DNA from: Octopus sinensis
Lineage: Eukaryota
Length of the DNA stretch: 64,000 nucleotides
Direction: 5' to 3'
Assembly (NCBI RefSeq): GCF_006345805.1
Contig: NC_043021.1
Location: 12,896,001 to 12,960,000 of the forward strand
In this document: piece after piece, positions 11,097-24,099 of the stretch
Numbering within the stretch: position 1 is the first letter of the stretch
Layout: each line of letters opens with the position of its first letter
Notes under the pieces: model-generated
Told to the model about the DNA's origin: nothing
Seen by the model: only the letters and a program-made list of their open reading frames with translations
Database searches by the model: none
Position numbers and translations under genes: made by a program

Positions 11097-14000
11097 CTGC
11101 AAAGACAAGATGAAATACAGAACAAAAATATTAATTAGACGCACACTAAACAGTGTTGAATGAAATATAGTTATGCATAATCATCATCATCATCGAGTGA
11201 GATCATTGCCAGTGCTGCTGGACTGGCTCCTGTGCAGGTGGCATGTAAAAAACACCATTTGAGCGTGGTCGTTACTAGTACCGCCTGACTGGCCCTCATG
11301 CCGGTTGTACGTAAAAGCACCCACTACACTCTCGGAGTGGTTGGCATTAGGAAGGGCATCCAGCTGTAGAAACTCTGCCAGATCAAGATTGGAGCCTGGT
11401 GCAGCCATCTGGTTTGCCACACCTCAGTCAAATCGTCCAACCCATGCTAGCATGGAAAGCGGACGTTAAACGATGATGATAATGATGATAGATACAGAAA
11501 TAATTTATTCTCAAATGCATGATAATACTAATACAAAAGCACGAAGTGGATAAACTATCCATATACTGCAGAAAAAATCGTTACCATCCACCCAGCCAGC
11601 CATGAGACACGAACTCACATCCCTGTGATTCTTTCTACTATAGGTACAAAATCTGAAAATTGAGGGCAAGGGGCTAGCCCATTGCATGATTCCCAGTGCT
11701 TGACTTGTACTTATTTTACTGACCCCAAAAGGACAAAAGTCAACTATGGAAGAATTTGAAGTATAGCTGGAAGAAATGCCATTAAGCATTTTGTCCAGCA
11801 AGCTAATGATTCTGCCAGCTCACTGCCCTAGGATTACCTTTTTATTTATTTATGCGCCCCTTTTCAAGCGTTACTCAAGAAACAGGAAGAAAGAGAGAAA
11901 GTTGGGGTGAAAGAGTACAACAGGGGTCATCCCCCCCCCCCCTGCTGGAGCCTCGTGGAGCTTTAGGTGTTTTCAATAAATACACACAACGCCCGGTTTG
12001 GGAATCGAAACCGCGATCCTCCAACCGCAAGTCCGCTGCCCTAACCACTGGGCCATTGTGCTTCCACAAATAAATGCGCCCTTTTGAAGCCTAGCCAGGC
12101 TCATGGGCCCGGTTTGCCAGTTTCAATGGCGTATGTGTTCCCCAGCTGGATGGGATGCCAGTCCATCGCAGCGTTACTCATTTTTGCCAGCTAAGTGGAC
12201 TGGAGCAGCGTGAAATGAAGTGTTCTTCTCAAGAACACAATGTGTTGCTCGGTCCAGGAATCGAAACCACAATCTTACGATCATCATGCTGACCACTAAG
12301 CCACGCGCCTCTAGGATTACATAACAACTACAAAACAAAGCAAAACGGAAACAATAACAATGGAGATTAAATAGTAAAATTCAGCTTACAACAGCTCTGA
12401 TGGCAGCACTAATGGTAGATATATAGCATTTTGATGTCAACACTGTAGAGAGAGGAATGTCCAGGAATGACACATACTTTCGTAGAATATTTGTAGTTTC
12501 TAGGCTGTAAAAATTAATACCTGTAAAAGAAAGGAAAGATTTAAAACAATAGTTTACAGTGAGTTCACAGGATAATAGGCACTAACCATTTACAACATCT
12601 CCCTTACAGTGGTACTCCTGTTTCTGACCTCGCTTTTGATCACTCTCTCTCTGTCTCAGGCTGGGTAACAGTAAGACACCTGTTTTTGTCTCTCTGTCTC
12701 CCCATCACATTTGAACCTTTCATCATCTGTCACAAGATCACCACTTCCAATGCCACCTCTCCTCTCAAAGGATCTTTGCCTTGCAAGTTACTTGGTGACC
12801 CTGCAAGTGTTGGTGCAATGCAAAAAGCACCCAGTCCACACTGTGAAATGGTTGGCATTTTGAAAGGCATCCAGCTGTAAAAACCATGCCAAAACTGACC
12901 TCACCAGTGTTGGGGCCATACAAAAAGCATTCAGTCCACAATGAAGTGGTTGGCATTTTGAAGGGCATCCAACTGTAAAAACCATGCCAAAACTGACCTC
13001 ACCAGTGTTGGTGCCAGGCAAAAAGCACCCAGTCCACACTGTGAAGTGGTTGGTATTTTGAAGGGCATCCAGCTGTAAAAACCATGCCAAAACTGACCTC
13101 GCCAGTGTTGGGGCCATGCAAAAAGCATTCAGTTCACATTGAAGTGGTTGGCATTTTGAAGGGCATCCAGCTGTAAAAACCATGCCAAAACTGACCTCAC
13201 CTGTGCTGGTGGCATGCAAAAAGCACTCAGTCTACTCTGCAGGGTGGTTGGTGTTAGGAAGGGCATCCAGGAATAGATATTGTAAGAATACCTTTGGTCA
13301 TAGATGAGCTCAACCAGAGCTGACATGGGGTTAAAAGCAACATTTCCTCAATAATCATCATCATTTTACATCTGCTTTCCATGCTGGTATGGTTTGGATG
13401 GCTCTTAAGAAAAGTAGGAAATAGCTTGTAGTGATGGGAAATGAGGATTCAGTTGTTTCATCGACTGAATTACCTGCTCCCTTTCTGGACTACTAACAGT
13501 ACATATTGCTCCAGTGCAAAACAGACACAGAAGTCTGGTGCAGGCTTCCACCTGGCCAGATCCTGTCAAACCGTCTGACCCATGCCAACATGGAAGGTGG
13601 ATGTTAAACTATGATGGACATCATTGCCATTATTGTAGCATGTATTTGTGCATTATTAGCAGTTGCTTTTTCATGTTGTTGGAATGAAAAGGATTAAGGA
13701 TTATTTTCAATTTGAAATGGTCCTAATAAACTTGGTTTGATTGGGCTTCCTCAGCCTTTCATCATCATCATCATTTAATGTCTGCTTTCCATGCTAGCAT
13801 GGGTTGAACAATTTGACTGAGGGCTGGCAAACCATATGGCTGCACCAGGCTCCAATCTTGATCTGGCAGAGTTTCTACAGCTGGATGCCCTTCCTAACGC
13901 CAACCACTCTGAGAGTGTAGTGGGTGCTTTTACGTGCTACCGGCACAGGGGCCAGTCAGGTGGTACTAGCAACAACCTCACTCGAATGTTTTTACACGTG

Positions 14001-17000
14001 CCAGTACAGATCCAATTAAGTTGTTTAGGAAAGAGTATATTAAACCCATTTTAGTTAAGAGGTTTTTTAGTTAAACAAATCAACCTCAGGACCTATTCTT
14101 TAAGCCTAGTAGTTATTCTATCAGTTTCTTTTGCTGAACTGCTAAGTTACAGTGGTTGTCAAGTGGTGATGGGGAGGGGAGACAAAGACACACACACAAT
14201 GGGCTTCTTTCAATTTCCCTCTACCAAATCCACTTACAAGGGTCTTGTCGGCTCGAGGCTATAGATGACACCTGCCCACATGCCACGCAATGGAACTGAA
14301 CCCAGAACCATGAAGTTAAGAAGCCAGCTTCTTACCACACAGCCACGCCTTTTTAAGATTATTTTTAGTGTTATTTTTGTGGTTGCAGAGTGGTTATATA
14401 AGTGTAATATTGTTTTTGTGTTTTTTTTTAATTGGGGTATTTTCAGTGAGGGGGGGGGGGGCTGGTTGATTTTCTAATTCTAAACATGCATTGTTAGGTT
14501 CTGTTCATGTGATTGCTCAGAGCATTTCTTATATGTCTGATTCAATAAATTTTGAAAGTAACAAAGAATTTAGTAAAATATATTCTTGTATAATAAGAGC
14601 AAACACGTATCATTTCTTATTTCTTTATTGCCCACAAGGGGTTAAACATAAAGGGGACAAACAAGGACAAAGGGATTAAGTCAATTACATCGACCTCAGT
14701 GCATAACTGGTACTTAATTTATTGACCCTGAAAGGATGACAGGCAAAGTTGACCTCGGTGGAATTTGAACTCAGAATGTAACGGCAGATGAAATACCGCT
14801 AAACATTTTGCCCAGCATGCTAACATTTCTGCCAGCTCCCCGCTTTAAACCACGTATCATTTCTACAGCAAAACTCCTATTCTGGGCCCGTCCGTCATAC
14901 TCTAACCATTCATTACAAAGGATAAAACGGCCTCCCTCTCTACTGTCGCCCTACAGATCTAACGAGGACCTTAGCCTTACAAGCTACATGGTGACCTCAC
15001 TAATGCTGGTGCCACAGAAAAAGAAGGCATCCAGTACACTCTGCAAATTAGTTGATGTTGTAAATGACATCCAGCTGTAGAAACCATATCAAGGCAGGTA
15101 TTGGCACATAGTGCAGTCTTCTGACTCACTAAATCCTGTCAAACTGTCCAATCCATGCCAAAACGGGAGACAGATATTAAAAGATGATGATGATGAACTA
15201 TGTAGGTGTATATAATCCCCTGGACCAATCCTCTTACATTTGCCTTCCTGTAACTCGAGGGTATGGCCTGACCCTTCTTCAATGTCTTTTCTCTTTTCAA
15301 CTAGGATAGCCATATATCTTGTCTACTGCAACCCTTTCATTCCTGTATTTATTTTGAGATGCTCTGTGTTTCTTTGAATTAATTTTAAATATAACAAAGA
15401 ATTTAGTAAAATAACTTAGTTATCATTAAGCTGGTATTAGCAACATAAATTGTTACTAAGGTTTGGTGGAAGATTTTAATTCAAGATTTATGAAAACAAG
15501 ACATTTGCACTCAGAGCCAGAGCCGGTTTCAGCTGAGCTGTTATTGAAATGGTTAAAAATATCATGGTGATGTTAACCCTTTTGTTACCATATTTCTGTT
15601 GAGATGCTCTGTGTTTCTTTCAATTGATTTTAAATATAACAAAGAATTTAGTAAAATAACTTAGTTATCATTAAGCTAGTGTTAGGAACATAAATTGTAA
15701 CTAAGATTTGGTAGAAAATTTTAATTTGATACTTATGAAAACAAGACATTTGTACTACAGAGCCAGTGGCGGTTTTGGCCGGGTTGGTATCAAAAGGGTT
15801 AAACAATCAGATTACTCTGTCATATGTGATGCTTATTTATTCACACTGTCTTGAATTAATCATCTATTGTGTTGTGGTTTAAGATTTCGATAATGTCACT
15901 GTCTATTTTTCCTATGACATAAGAGTAGGGGCGAGATGTTGAATCTGGCCAATTTGAACATAAAAGAGGAAAAATATTTTGGCCAGATATGGTCGGTTTA
16001 AATGCCAATGGGTTACGACAGTATTGTGTTGCTGACATGTTAAAGAGTCGATGGGATAATGATGCGAGTAGGGTAATGTTAACACCGTCATTTACAAGGA
16101 TGTGATGTTTAGCAATGGTCAAAGAAACAGTAACATACCTGACGGAGCTCTTCCATCTTGAAGCAGTTTCCTGAAAAATAGCACAGATAATGAAATCGTT
16201 ATTCTTCATCACCATCATCAGTAGTAGTAGTAGTAATAGCAGCAGCATACAACACTTATAATAACAATAATAATTTCAAATTCAAATTACGATGAACATA
16301 AACAAACAAATGAAGTTTGCTTTAGAAGCGTTGAGATGTCTTAGAAAGTTAAAGAAGTGATTTTAAATTCTCAAACGCAGGATAATGCTAATAATATAGC
16401 CTGAACAGGATAAGCTACCCCTATTTTGCAGAAAAATGTGTTGGCAGCCGGCTATGAGATTTGAACTCACACCTCCGTGATTACGCGTTGTGGTGTTCTG
16501 AACCAATTAAGCTAAACTGCCCACACCATGAATTCTTCCACAGGGAGCAAGTTAGTTATATCAAATTAAGTACTAGACCAGCATTTCATTTGATTGACTG
16601 TTGAGTAGAGGAAGCACAAAGTAATGAGGTTCCTGTAGTTTTGTCTCACTGAGGAATAGTCAACCTCCCTAGTGCTGGTGCCAGTGAAGGTGCGTGGTTT
16701 ACACTATTTGGCTTATGATCGTGTTGTCACGTGTTCAGTTCCCAGCGGGGTGTTACATCCTTGAGCAAGACACTTTATTTCATGTTGCTCCATTCCACCC
16801 AGCTGGCAAAAATCAGTTGTACCTGTAATTCATAGGGGCCAGCCATGTCACATTCTTTGACATATTGAATCTCAGTTCTATATTTAAGAGATGAGGAATT
16901 ATGTACATTATTTACATTTGACAGATATTTGTCCTCATCTTGTTTGTTGCTAACGTTATTATAAGTGCAAAACAACACCACGGAAGAATCAACATAAGCT

Positions 17001-18625
17001 TAAATAATAAACTGCGATAGGTGAACCACGAAATTCGAACCTAGGTACAATAGGTGAACCACGATAGTTGAACCTGGGTTCTCATTCCGAAGATATTTTT
17101 CAATGTTATTATTATTATTATTCAGGTCACCGCCTGGAATCGAACTCGGAATCTTGGGGTTAGTAGCCCGCGCTCTTAACCACAACGCCGTATCCCCAAG
17201 ACACCTGATGAAGGCTGGAGGGTACATCAGCCATAATGTTGTGTTAACAACAAACAAGATGACAAATATCCGTCAAACGTAAATAATGTATATTGAATCT
17301 CCTTGAGAACTCCATTAAGGGTTTGCGTGTCTGCAGAGTGCTCAGCCACTTGCATGTTAATTTCATGAGCAGACTGTTCCATTGATCAAATCAACTGGAA
17401 CACATGTTATCATAACTAGTCATTGGTGCCAAGAAGCAAATGCACTCAGTACTAAATGTGTAAAGTGGATGGCAATAGGAAGGGAATCCAGCTGTAGAGA
17501 CCAGACCAAATGACACACACCATGAATCATTCTATGGGAACAGCAACTTCCAATAAGAAATAACTTACACTATAATGACCTAGTCGGTCCACACCAGTAT
17601 GGAAAGCAAATGGAAATTATGTACATTTATTCGTAAGTACACTATTATACCATGTTGGTATTGTAGCTTTTGATAGCAACATAAAAAGTATAAAATTAAG
17701 GTAGTAAATTATAGATTAATTAGAGTAAATGAAATGTTTGTATCTTAAAGTACCAGGTTTAGAAATATTTATATTATTGTGGTATTGAGAAGGAGAATAT
17801 CTTTTATCTTTTACTTGTTTCAGTCATTAGACTGCGGCCATGCTGGAGCATTGTCGTGAAGAATTTTAGTTGAACCACTTAACACCAGTACCTTTTTACT
17901 TTTAGCCTGGTACTTATTCAACTGATCTCTTATGCCAAACTGCTACTGGTACTTTCTCCATTTTGACGGGATTTTTCCAATTTTTCTTTTACTGCAGCCT
18001 TTGAAATGATACGTGGGGAGGCATCTTTTCATAAAAAAATGTTTTGGAAAATTTATGATTTTTTTCTCTCCCTACCCCTCCAGACCGATTTTGGCTAAAC
18101 TTTTGGCATTATATATTTAAAAACCATGGGAGAAGCCTTTTCAATAAAAAAAAAAAAGGAAAAAAAAATTGTAAATATTTTCAGGCAAAAAGGTGTGATT
18201 TAAGGGAGATTTTGGCTGTTTCCAGCACCTCTCACCACCACCTTCCTCGTTTCTTAGTCACTCTCATATGTATTGATGGTTTTCAATATTTTTCTCTCTG
18301 TAAACATATTTATGCGAGTAATGGTAATTAAAGGGTGAATCTACACTCTCTACAACTCCAGAACACGTGAACTGGGGCCTTACCGCGGGATGCAGTTTAA
18401 TGTCACACCCAGGACATGCTTCTGTGTCACATACATGCAAACATGTATACATACACACACTTATACATTGATACTCACCTACAGCCATAGTATATTGAAC
18501 AGTGGTTGTTGTGTCCACTGATGCCATACTGATCAAAGGTCAAGACCTGAGAAATAGAGAGATAGATAGATAACTGTGCAGGTAAATAGAAAGATATAGA
18601 TATAACAGACAGAAAGATAACTATG

Positions 18626-18675
<50 letters not shown>

Positions 18676-21600
18676 TATATTAGGTTGTTTCACATGAAAT
18701 GCATTTTAAATGGGTTTCTTATGAGTCATCTATAAATGGATTTTTAATGAGTTTCTATGTGTATGCTTGTGTTTTCTCTTAACTAATTTTCTTTCTAGAA
18801 AATACTATTATTCAAAATTGCTACCCATAGCCCTTATGACAATGTTGACAACTGAACAATACCGAGTGATGTTCTTGTACGAATACAAGTTTGGTCACTC
18901 TGCCACCAAAGCTCTAGGAAATATCAAGTGGGCTTGTGGTAACGATTCTGTTGACATTAGAACTGTTTAGAAATAGTCCCAAAGATTTTGTTCAGGAAAT
19001 GAAAGCCTTAAAATTGAACCAAGAGGGAAACCAAAATCAGTTATTTGGCATGATGAATTGAATGCTTTGGTTAAACGAAATCTGAGAGCACTGGTCCGAA
19101 AAATCAGATCAGAGCTCCAGATATCTCCTGCAACTGCTTCTTGATACTTGAAGAAAATTGGAAAAGTCAAAAAGCTGGATAGGTTTGGTCCCCATTAACT
19201 TAATAAGATTCAAAGAAACAGACGCTTTATAGTGTGTGCTATGCTGATTTCTCGGTTGGAAAACGAACCATTTTTGTATTGACTCATTACGTGTGATGAG
19301 AAATGGATACTCTTTGATAACAGCAGGAGGACGGGACAGTGGTTAGATGCAGGAGAATTACCAAAACACTACCTCAAAACCACCGTTGCACCCTAAAAAG
19401 TTGATGGCTACTGTATGCTGGTCAACAAAGGGATTATTCATTATTCATTTTTGCAACAAGGAAAAACTGAAACAGCAACATCCTATTGTCAGGAAATTGA
19501 TTGTATGCATAAAAAATTTTAAATGAAGCAACCCAGATTAGTGAATAGAGGTGGCCCAAATTTGCTTCATGATAATGCTCAGCCTCACACTTCTCAAGCT
19601 ACAGTCCACAAGTTGCAAAGCCTGAATTATGAAATTTTGGCACATCCTCCTTATTCTCCTCATATCTCTCCTACTGATTATCACATATTTAAACACTTTG
19701 AGCTTGCTATACGCAATAAAACATTCTTAAATAAAGAAGAGGTAACTGAAGCAATTCGAACAGTTTATCAAAGTAAACAATGACAAATTCTTTGAAGGTG
19801 GAATATATGCCTTAGAAGAACACTGGATGAAGGTCATAAATGAACAAGAATCATGTTTTGATTAAATGAGTAAATATTCTAAAACTTAAAAAACAATTTT
19901 AATGTTTCCTTTTCAAATGTGAGATTTCATGTGAGACAACCGAATATCATTATCATCATCATCATCGTTTAGCATCCGCTTTCCATGCTGGCATGGGTTG
20001 GACGGTTCAACTGGGGTCTGGGAAGCCAGAAGGCTGCACCAGGCCCAGTCTGATCTGGCAATGTTTCTACGGCTGGATGCCCTTCCTAAAGCCAACCACT
20101 CCATGAGTGTAGTGGGTGCTTTTTACGTGCCAGATGAGGCTGGCAAACGGCCACAAACGGATGGTGCTTTTTACGTGCCACCGGCATGGAGGCCAGTCGG
20201 GGCGGCGCTGGCAACGGCCACGTTCGGATGGTTCCCTTACGTGCCACCAGCACTGGTATCACAGCTACAATTTCCATTGATGCTGATCGATTTCGATTGA
20301 TTTTCACTTGCCTCAAGCAAACAAGTTGATGTAATATGTAGTATAAATATTCAAATATTGTCATTATCTTTCAAATCTTGCTGCATTTCACACAGTATTT
20401 TGGGAGTTTTGGTTGTCCAGAGTTGTCTTGGTGTAAAAGCAGACCTAACATTTTTCACTTAAAATTCAACTTGTATGCTGGAAAGTATGGTATATAAATT
20501 TCTAAAACTTGCATACAAGTTCACAAATATACGCATTCCCTTTTTTATTTGTTTCAATTGTTTGATTGTAGCCAAGCTGGAGCTCTGCCTTTAGTCAAAG
20601 GAATCAACCCCTGCCCAGGACTTATTCTTTGTAAGCCTAGTACTTATTCTAGTGGTCTCTTTTGTGGAACTGCTAAGTCATGGGGAGGTAAACACACCAA
20701 CATCGGTTGTCAAATGAAGTTCTTCAAAACGGTGTCCCAGCATGGCCACAATTTAATGACTGAAACAAAGCCAAAACAAAAATATATGTATCATCATCAT
20801 CATCAACAACAACATTTAATGTCTGTTTTCCATGCTGGCACGTGTTGGACTAGACAGCTTGACAGGAACTGGCAAGGCAGGAGGCTGTACCAGGCTCCAT
20901 AATCTGTTTTGGCTTGGTTTCTATAGATGGATGCCCTTCCTAACGCCAACCACATTACATAGTGTACTGGGTGTTTTTTACATGGCACCATCACCAATAC
21001 TTTTTATGTGGTACCAGAACTGACACCAATATTGCACCATGAAGTGGCCCAAAACCACACTTTTGGGAATTGAGCTTACAGCAATACCTGTACGTAGGTA
21101 GAGGGTGTAGAAGCGAGTTCATTGATGCAAAGCAGAAGTGCTACCCGGACCTTAGATACCTTTATTGAGATTCATGCCATTAGAAGCATTTGGTCAAGGT
21201 CCCCAACTGAAGGATAACTTCCTCCCCACATCCCATTTGTCTGAGAAGAGCGGAAAAGATCTGTGGTTGTTGCCTCTGCTCTTCTGACTATAGGTTAAAA
21301 AAAGAAATACTGACAGAATGGTAAGTCCTACTTTTGAGAAAAAAGGTTTGTTGGAACATAAAAAAAATGAATTTAGGCATGGTTGTGAGGGAAGTTTGCT
21401 TCCTAACCTCCCCACCACATGGCTTTGGGTTCAATCCCACTGCATAGTACCTTGGGCAAATGTTTTGCACTTGTCTCAAGCTAACCAAACCATTCTGAGG
21501 GGTTTTGGTAGATGGAAACTGAAAAAAGTCCATTGTGGGTGTATAAAAAAAGGGTCAAAGGACCTTCCTGAGCCATTGGCTCATAAGGCCGGTTCCTGAA

Positions 21601-24062
21601 TTCTGTAGCATATCTCCCACCTGGACAGGACTCCAGGCCCTCGCAGGATTACTCACTTTTGCCAGCTGAGTGTACTGGAGCAACATGAAATGAAAGTGTA
21701 TTGTTTAAGAACACAATGAATCCCTTGGTCCAGGGATCAAAACCATAATCTTATGATCATGAGTGCAACACCCTAACCACTAAGCCACTTGCCTCCACAT
21801 ACACACGCACACACATTTGTGTATGTGTGTGTGTGTTACAATCTCCTTCCCTGGACATCGTGTGACAGCTGTGAGGGTCACCATCATGCATGAGGTGCTC
21901 TACATTTCCAAACTCTCATGGAAAGATGTCATGTCTGACCATGGGGGGAAATATTACCTTACTCAGAAACAGGCAAGGTTTGGCAACAGAAAGAGCATCC
22001 AGCCGTAGAAAAATATCCACTTCAACAAATCCTGTCCAATCTGTGCAAGCGTAGAAAGGTGGACATTCAAACAATGATGACGGTGATGATGATGATGAAT
22101 TTGCATAAATGTGTAAACTTACCACATCAGGTTTTATTATGAGCAAATGTTTGAGAATGATCCGTGCAACAAGCTCTTCATTCCAGATCCGAGAAGGATC
22201 ATCTGGAAAACAACTGGAAATATTCATTAGAATTGCCAAAAACATAAAAACAAAACAAAAGTAAAAAAATAAAATAAATAAAAACAAACAACCACGGCTT
22301 TCCATGCTAGCATGGGTTAGACGATTTGACTGAGGACTGGCGAACCAGACGGCTGCACCAGGCTCCAATCTTGATCTGGCAGGGTTTCTACAGCTTGATG
22401 CCTTTCCTAATGCCAACCACTCCGAGAGTGTAGTGGGTGCTTTTACGTGCCACCAGCACGAAGGCCAGTCAGGCAGTACTGGTAACAGCCACGAAAATAA
22501 CATGCTTTTTTATTTTTTTTACGTGTCATCTGCACAAGTGCCAGTAAGGCGACGATGGTAACGATCACGCTCAAATGGTGCTTTTTACGTGCCACCGGCA
22601 TGAACACCATTTAGCCGCTCTGGCAACGATCACGCTTGGATGTGATTTCATATTCAATCCTACTGCACTGTGTAACATGTCTTCTAATTATAGTCTTAAA
22701 TTGATGAGTAACTTGTGAGTGAAATTGCCCATCATATGTTACCAATTGTAATGGTAGATGCAGTAATTTATTTTGAGTTGTTACCAAAATGCAATGGGTG
22801 TTGATGTTGAAGATGTGAAAGAACAGTGGTCGAAGATGATGTTGACACCAAATTTTATTTGCCATCACTGTATGTAAAGCAATACCACAATGGGCTGGCA
22901 TGCATAATATAATCGAAAGTTAATTTTTCCTTGTATAAAGGTGTATAATGTTCTTGTCAGTGTAGTAGTAGTAAAAAGATAGTGATAGAGTGATACTCTC
23001 TCTGTACTCTTTACTCTTTTACTTGTTTCAGTCATTTGACTGCGGCCATGCTGGAGCACCACCTTTAGTCGAGCAAATCGACCCTGGGACTTATTCTTTG
23101 TAAGCCCAGTACTTATTCTATTGGTCTCTTTTGCTGAACCGCTAAGTGACGGGGACGTAAACACACCAGCATCGGTTGTCAAGCAATGCTAGAGGGACAA
23201 ACATATACACACACACATACATACATATATATATATACATATATACGACAGGCTTCATTCAGTTTCCGTCTACCAAATCCACTCACAAGGCTTTAGTCGG
23301 CCCGAGGCTATAGCAGAAGACACTTGCCCAAGATGCCACGCAGTGGGACTGAACTCGGAACCATGTGGTTGGTTAGCAAGCTACTTACCACACAGCCACT
23401 CCTGTGCCTATAGAGTGATGTTTGTTAGAAGAGAAAGATGAGAGAGAGTAGAGGGAAATTGTATCATAGTGGCTGGTTGTTTTCTTTTTCCCTCTGGTTG
23501 TTTGCCTCTAGCTGTTTGTCAGCTGGTTGCTTCTCACTAACTTTTTCTTACGGAATTTTAATATTTATAATTATGCAGACTAGCTAGGAAAAGAGGTATA
23601 TAGCCAAGAATAATGGGCAGCTTGATGTAGGTTGCTCCTTATCTAATTGCAACTTTTGATGGCATAGAAGAGGTTAGAAGTTAAATGGAAAATACATAAA
23701 CTGACTTGGCAAAGCCATGTGTTGAATGTAACTCCCATCAACTATTGTTTTCCTGTGAGAAAAATGCTGTTGAAATGTTATGGGAAATTTGCTGATTCAA
23801 GTTCAAAACTACTCTATGCCTACATATATTATGGAGATGTACTTGCATAGCGAGAGATCGTGTGCTGGAATCAAAACAACTGCAGCGTGGAAGGTATTTA
23901 TAAGCCATTTAAGAAACACACAAAACTGTTAGATTCACTTCAACATTTAAATTTAATTTGTCAAAATATTTTCATCGCTTTGAGACCGCGACCTGTCCAC
24001 TAAAGCGAATCTAACGGTTTTGTGTGTTTCTTAAATGGCTTATAAACACCTTCCACGCTGCA

Positions 24063-24099
<37 letters not shown>

